Shown here piece after piece: positions 27,966-32,000 of a stretch of 32,000 nt of DNA (position 1 is the first letter of the stretch; every line of letters starts with the position of its first letter). The stretch lies in contig NZ_JAYKGW010000036.1 of assembly GCF_035285525.1 (NCBI RefSeq), positions 13,058 to 45,057 of the forward strand. The letters run 5' to 3'. The notes beneath the pieces are model-generated. The model was not told the DNA's origin. It saw nothing but the letters and a program-made list of their open reading frames with translations, and ran no database searches. The stretch comes from Okeania sp. GTDB taxonomy: Bacteria > Cyanobacteriota > Cyanobacteriia > Cyanobacteriales > Microcoleaceae. The position numbers were made by a program, and so were the translations under genes.

Positions 27966-28087
27966 CTGTCAGGTATAAACGGGCCAAATGCCTGCACTAC
28001 AAGTGAAATATATCGCGACTTACCCTGACAAACCCAGAAACCCGGTTTCTTCAAGAAACCGGGTTTATTTATGTAAGTGCAATGTCG
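27966..28087 (+). repeat. family F unit 1 (includes hairpin P4 at 28036-28068)
   Basis: GTCAGGTA...ATGCCTGCACTACAAGTGAAATATATCGCGA...CAAACCCAGAAACCCGGTTTCTTCAAGAAACCGGGTTTATTTATGTAAGT. A direct repeat of 28586-28710. Ends are approximate. Confidence 0.7.
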
Positions 28088-28200
28088 GTTCAGTTGTTCC
28101 CCTTAGGGTTGCGCAGCATGGCGCATAGCTTACTTCTCCGCAGGAATAACCCAACAATAATAAAGCTTTGTTGGGTAGAACGACAGTGAAACCCAACCTA
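28088..28200. repeat. family G element inserted into the brnT remnant
   Basis: Contains ACCCAAC/GTTGGGT modules (28149-28197) and a terminal GTGAAACCCAACCTA related to 1120-1132 and 1253-1280. The left end is approximate. Confidence 0.5.
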
Positions 28201-28478
28201 ATCGAAAAAAGCTTTTATTGCTTCTTCAAAACTAATATTATCAGGACTTACGCAAAGACACTAGATATAGAGTATCGGTGGGTTACGAGATACGCTTTCC
28301 ATGCCGCGTAGCGTTTCGGCGCTTGAGCCGACATATAAAGCGGAGCTTTGTGGAACGCAAAACGCACCCTACGGATAGCGTTAATGCGTAAGTCCTAACC
28401 ATATTTTTCTAGATTAATTTAAGCTTTATTGCTATCCCAGTCAAACTCAACCCCTTGTAGTTGATAGAAAATATTCAT
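28201..28478 (-). pseudogene. brnT: brnT (DUF497) toxin gene remnant, interrupted by an in-frame stop, MITE B5 and a family-G element
   Basis: The minus strand from ATG 28478 reads MNIFYQLQGVEFDWDSNKA*INLEKYG up to 28398, where MITE B5 begins. The same frame resumes after the MITE as ISFEEAIKAFFD (28236-28201). The joined text fits the BrnT N-terminal hallmark FxWDxxKxxxNxxKHG[IV]SFEEAxxxFxD. Confidence 0.6.
28242..28397. mobile_element. family B MITE, copy 5, with nested family C; splits brnT
   Basis: CAGGACTTACGCA ... ATGCGTAAGTCCTA. The flanks ATTAT and ACCAT form a degenerate 5-bp duplication (3 of 5 identical). Confidence 0.8.
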
Positions 28479-28585
28479 AGATTCATTCTATTGTTTTTTT
28501 CGGCGAGATACTTTTGGCATTTATGGAAGAAAGCAATCTCAGGGGTGGTGGTAAATTTCTTGCTATCATCGCCACAACGATTTTT

Positions 28586-28710
28586 CAGTCAGGTACATTA
28601 ATCCCAGGCAAGATGCCTGCACTACAAATGAAATATATCGCGATTTAGGCTAACAAACCCAGAAACCGGGTTTCTTCAAGAAACCCGGTTTCTTTATGTA
28701 AGTTCTGTCA
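28586..28710 (+). repeat. family F unit 2 (includes hairpin P5); its end overlaps the flv stop codon
   Basis: GTCAGGTA...ATGCCTGCACTACAAATGAAATATATCGCGA...CAAACCCAGAAACCGGGTTTCTTCAAGAAACCCGGTTTCTTTATGTAAGTTCTGTCA. Confidence 0.7.
28661..28693 (-). terminator. candidate flv terminator: family P hairpin (P5), 15-bp perfect stem, 14 nt after the stop codon
   Basis: AGAAACCGGGTTTCT TCA AGAAACCCGGTTTCT. On the minus strand it is followed by GGGTTTGTT, which is only moderately U-rich. Confidence 0.4.
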
Positions 28711-30435
28711 ATAATGATTACCTACTTTTCTATGGTGTACCGCAGGCAAAGCATCTAGATCGCTAACTCGCCCATTATCAACAGTTGCATAAATAATCCA
28801 ATGGTCGCTTGCTTCCATGCGACTGGCAACTTCACATTCTAAATAAGCTAAGGCATCACTCAAAATCGGACTACCATTGTTAGCAGTTTGAGTATTCACT
28901 CCGGCAAAACGGTCTGCACCAGGTGCAAAACGTTTCAGAAAATGTCGCATCAATTTTTGATAATTATCTTCCCGCAATACATTTAAGACAAAGCGATCGC
29001 CTACTTGCATTAGTGCTTCAATAGCGCGGTCTTTTGCTACTGCGATCGAAACTCCAAAAGGTTGGAAACTAGCTTGCACTACCCAAGATGCTAACATCGC
29101 ACTACTAACCTCACCTTTAGTAGCAGTAATAATATACAAACCCCCGCTCAAACGACCTAAAGCTTTATCTAAGTCACTATCAAGAGATTTCATTTGTTTG
29201 ATCGTTTCTTTGAGACTCAAAAGTTGTCCTGCATCTGTTCCCGCTTCTTCACATAATTTGTAAGTTAATTCTGAGGGCGTTTCTTTGATTAAAATATTAG
29301 GAAATGCTTGCTTCAGACCTAATTCTTTAAACCGGTTTGCCAAAGGATAAACAGATAAGTCATCCCCACCACCTGATTCAAATAAACCAAATGCTTGCTT
29401 TTTATCCGCTGCTGCCAAAATAGTGCTGATAGCTATTTCCGCATTGGTAGCTACCGAACCTGTGCTGGGTGGCGCTCCAATGATAATTGCTTTAGCCATT
29501 TCTACCAGTTCTCTTGCTTCTTGAGGGTCAGCAGATTTTAAATCCATCATTTCTACAGCGACTCCGGTTTTGATGATACCGTGAGAGATTGCTTGGGAGA
29601 GGCGATCGCTATAACCATAATCAGAGGTATAAAATACAGCAACTGTTGTCTCTGCTTTACTTTTAGCTTTACTCCACTCTTCATAACGATTGGTTAATTC
29701 TACTAAGTTATGGCGCAAAAGCGGACCATGACCTGTGGCAATAGTATTGATCTCTCCCAGTGCTTTCATTTTTTTCATAGCATTTAAGACTGAACGAGCA
29801 TTGGGACCCATTAAACATTCATAATAAAATTTATAATCTGCTTCTATCTCACTCAGATTTTCATCATAAGTCTTGTCTGAGCAATAGTGCATTCCAAAAG
29901 CATCACAAGTAAATAGAATTTGGGTTTGGCGATCATAGCTAAATATTGTATCAGGCCAGTGCAAATTGGGAGCAGAAACAAATTCAAAAACGTGACCATT
30001 ACCTAAATCTAATTGGTCTCCATTTTTGACAATTTGCTTATTAAATGGTATATGAGTTAAATTTTCTAAAAATTGAATTGCTACTTTTGACCCAACTACG
30101 GTGGCCTGGGGAGCAAGTTCAATTATATCTTTAACTAAACCACTATGATCGGGTTCAGTATGACTAATAATCAGGTAATCAATTTCTGCTGGTTTGATTA
30201 TACCCCATAAGGTATCTAGGTATAACTGGCGAAACTTGGCATGGGATGTATCGACCAGAGCGGTCTTCTCTCCTAGCACAATATACGAGTTATATGTGGT
30301 ACCATTCTGAAGACCAAATTCGATATCAAAGCGATCGCGGTCCCAATCAAGGGAACGAATGGCCATTGTATCAGGGGCAATTTTATTTTTCTCTATTGTG
30401 AGTCTATTTTTGACTTTATCTATTATTGCTACCAT
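28708..30435 (-). CDS. flavodiiron protein with C-terminal flavin-reductase domain, Flv3-type
   Basis: 575 aa. Metallo-beta-lactamase-like domain with intact canonical di-iron ligands (HTEPDH, NLHWPD, CDAFG, GHGP), a flavodoxin-like domain and a flavin reductase-like tail. From memory, the canonical ligand set is retained in Flv3/Flv4-type but not Flv1/Flv2-type cyanobacterial FDPs. Confidence 0.93.
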   Translation of the reverse strand: MVAIIDKVKNRLTIEKNKIAPDTMAIRSLDWDRDRFDIEFGLQNGTTYNSYIVLGEKTALVDTSHAKFRQLYLDTLWGIIKPAEIDYLIISHTEPDHSGLVKDIIELAPQATVVGSKVAIQFLENLTHIPFNKQIVKNGDQLDLGNGHVFEFVSAPNLHWPDTIFSYDRQTQILFTCDAFGMHYCSDKTYDENLSEIEADYKFYYECLMGPNARSVLNAMKKMKALGEINTIATGHGPLLRHNLVELTNRYEEWSKAKSKAETTVAVFYTSDYGYSDRLSQAISHGIIKTGVAVEMMDLKSADPQEARELVEMAKAIIIGAPPSTGSVATNAEIAISTILAAADKKQAFGLFESGGGDDLSVYPLANRFKELGLKQAFPNILIKETPSELTYKLCEEAGTDAGQLLSLKETIKQMKSLDSDLDKALGRLSGGLYIITATKGEVSSAMLASWVVQASFQPFGVSIAVAKDRAIEALMQVGDRFVLNVLREDNYQKLMRHFLKRFAPGADRFAGVNTQTANNGSPILSDALAYLECEVASRMEASDHWIIYATVDNGRVSDLDALPAVHHRKVGNHY

Positions 30436-30467
30436 GAGAGACCTCTTTCTAAAATGATTACTTTGAT

Positions 30468-30580
30468 CAGGACTTAGGCAAAGGCACTATATAAGGAGTA
30501 TGGGTGCGTTGTGCGTTGTACACTTTTCATGTCGCGTAGCGAAACACACCCTACCAATAGCGTTTATAGCTTTAGTCCTA
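30468..30580. mobile_element. family B MITE, copy 6 (internally deleted C insert), in the flv 5-prime leader/promoter
   Basis: CAGGACTTAGGCA ... AGCTTTAGTCCTA. Lies 32 nt upstream of flv ATG (30435). Flanks are TTGAT and TTTAT. Confidence 0.75.
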
Positions 30581-30889
30581 TTTATTTGGTTTTTAATCAA
30601 CTGTCAGCTTTTATAGCGCTACGGACTAAGGAATAGGGAACAAAAGAATTGGTAAATCTACCTTTAATTTTAAATTCTCAATTTCAAGTCCTACTGATGG
30701 CTAAATGCTGACTGCTTCTTTAACATTTTTACACAATTTAACTATAAGTTTTTTATAGAAAAGTTTATTAAAAAGTTTAGAATATCAAATTAGACTAAAT
30801 TTTTTTGATTTTATCAAAGATATATTTCTCAAATTGTGATACGATCATTCAAGTTTGCTACTATCCAAATGGCAGAAAGGGGGGAAACA

Positions 30890-31495
30890 ATGAAACACCG
30901 ATTAGCCACCGTTGGAGGTTTAACAACGGCCTTAATGTTGGGGACTGTAATTCTGCCATCTCAGGCACAAACTTGTTATGGATATGGTTCTGAGAAAGCA
31001 AATTATGAAACTAGAAATTTTAAGATTGATATTTGCGAAACCCAGAAAGGTGAGTATTTACTGATTACTCAACCCAAAAATGGAACTGAGCGAGATTGGT
31101 TGATAGTTGGTAATGCGACACAAAGAGGTAGTTCATGGGAAGCTTACGATCCAGTACAAGGGACTGAATATATTATTGGTCCCAAACAATATCGTGTAGA
31201 TTCAATAACACGAAATGACCTGACTGAGCGTGTAATTTATTACCAATCGAAAGGAAAAATTAAGTCAAGAAATTGTTATGTACTTAGACCAAATGGACTC
31301 TATATTTTTGAGAGAGGTAATTCGGGAAGTCCTAAAGTTGGAATAGTACAAAATGGTCAAAGGATAAAAGTTACGGGAAATGAACAAATTGGCAATGGGA
31401 CTCAAAGATTTATAGAAGTGGTTAGTCCATATCCAGGATATGTAGTTTCTAGGGATAGTAATGGGAGGTATATTTCAAGTTGTTCACCAATTTAG
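30890..31495 (+). CDS. secreted hypothetical protein with C-terminal SH3b-like segment
   Basis: The track ORF opens at 30836. ATG 30890 follows a G-rich SD (AAAGGGGGG) and gives a clean signal peptide MKHRLATVGGLTTALMLGTVILPSQA. The C-terminus (GQRIKVTGNEQIGNGTQRFIEVVSPYPGYVVSRD) looks SH3-like. Confidence 0.6.
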   Translation: MKHRLATVGGLTTALMLGTVILPSQAQTCYGYGSEKANYETRNFKIDICETQKGEYLLITQPKNGTERDWLIVGNATQRGSSWEAYDPVQGTEYIIGPKQYRVDSITRNDLTERVIYYQSKGKIKSRNCYVLRPNGLYIFERGNSGSPKVGIVQNGQRIKVTGNEQIGNGTQRFIEVVSPYPGYVVSRDSNGRYISSCSPI

Positions 31496-31517
31496 GTATG
31501 GAGGGAACACAGAAGGT

Positions 31518-31862
31518 GGGAACAGGGAACAGAAAAGAGAGGTTTATATAATTTATGGAGATATCTAATATATAGTTAGTATTTAGGTTTAGTTAAAACT
31601 TTACCTGCTAATAGACTTTTCCAAACATCAAAAACAAAATCTCTGATCCATAAATTATCAATTTTAGGGAATAGGGAACAGAAAAGAGAGGTTTATATAA
31701 TTTATGGAGATATCTAATATATAGTTAGTATTTAGGTTTAGTTAAAACTTTACAAACAAAATCTCTTATAATATAAATTATCAATTATTATTTCCTATTA
31801 GGAAATAGAGAACACTTAACTGGGAACAGGGAGCAGGAAAGAGAGGTTTATATATTTATATA
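31518..31862 (+). repeat. ~150-bp tandem repeat, 2.3 units
   Basis: An 86-nt near-identical core, GGGAA(C/T)AGGGAACAGAAAAGAGAGGTTTATATAATTTATGGAGATATCTAATATATAGTTAGTATTTAGGTTTAGTTAAAACTTTAC, lies at 31518-31604 and 31667-31753. A third partial unit starts at 31822. Confidence 0.85.
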
Positions 31863-32000
31863 TAGGACTTAGGCACGAACGCTATTGGTAGGGTGCGTTT
31901 TGCGTTCCGCAAAGCTCCGCTTTATATGTCGGCTCAAGCGCCGAAACGCTGCGCGACATGAAAAGCGCACAACGCACAACGCACCAATACTCTATATATA
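31863..32000. mobile_element. family B MITE, copy 7 (with full C insert), inverted relative to B6; runs off the window
   Basis: TAGGACTTAGGCACGAACGCTATTGGTAGGGTGCG...CGCGACATGAAAAGCGCACAACGCACAACGCACC. This is the reverse complement of the B6 arrangement, and it shares the CTTAGGCA and GTGCGTTGTGCGTTGT variants. Confidence 0.75.

Noticed and set aside
28479-28585. Minus-strand open frame LKNRCGDDSKKFTTTPEIAFFHKCQKYLAEKNNRMNL upstream of the brnT remnant
   Set aside because: It has no start codon and no recognisable family. It may be a gene fragment truncated by family F, or simply the old brnT promoter region.
1-32000. Search for tRNA, rRNA, tmRNA, RNase P, SRP RNA or riboswitches in the long spacers
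   Set aside because: By eye I found no T-loop GGTTCGAATCC-type motifs and no conserved cores of these RNAs. All long spacers are accounted for mainly by the repeat families. A covariance-model scan would be needed to be definitive.

Overview
AT-rich cyanobacterial chromosomal segment. The repeat content (nine perfect HIP1 GCGATCGC sites, heptamer STRR-type tracts, nested MITEs) and the gene products suggest a filamentous Nostocales-like genome; this is inference. The coding content is almost entirely housekeeping and looks intact: argB; mreB-mreC-mreD; ssb; scpA; a CugP-like NDP-sugar pyrophosphorylase; speA; ndk (TTG start); psaM (31 codons, absent from the ORF track); an S41 Ctp protease; petB-petD; a GT4 glycosyltransferase; purH; a Flv3-type flavodiiron protein; and seven small membrane or secreted proteins of unknown function. 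I found no rRNA, tRNA, CRISPR array, transposase, phage genes, or recognisable defence or secondary-metabolite cluster. I cannot support a novel multi-gene system here. The unusual part is the non-coding fraction. Intergenic spacers are long and are largely built from about ten dispersed repeat families that insert into one another (letters A-S are my own labels). Highlights: (1) a 134-bp head-to-tail array (12099-12420) in which each unit carries a promoter-like box, a stem and a short ATG/GTG-initiated ORF, so it may be tandem sRNA or micro-protein genes; (2) a brnT/DUF497 toxin gene that can be rebuilt in frame across a MITE insertion (28201-28478), inside a 1.2-kb MITE pile-up; (3) a three-deep nested insertion (1388-1676); (4) a 33-nt hairpin family with a compensatory double change; (5) a (CCTTCTT)16 tract in the ctp/petB divergent region; (6) a family with GTAAGCATTCAGCTAT-type ends sitting just after the stop codons of seven genes; (7) a secreted protein with three CxxC-containing internal repeats (beta-trefoil candidate). 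All homology statements come from reading the translated ORFs from memory of protein families, not from database searches.
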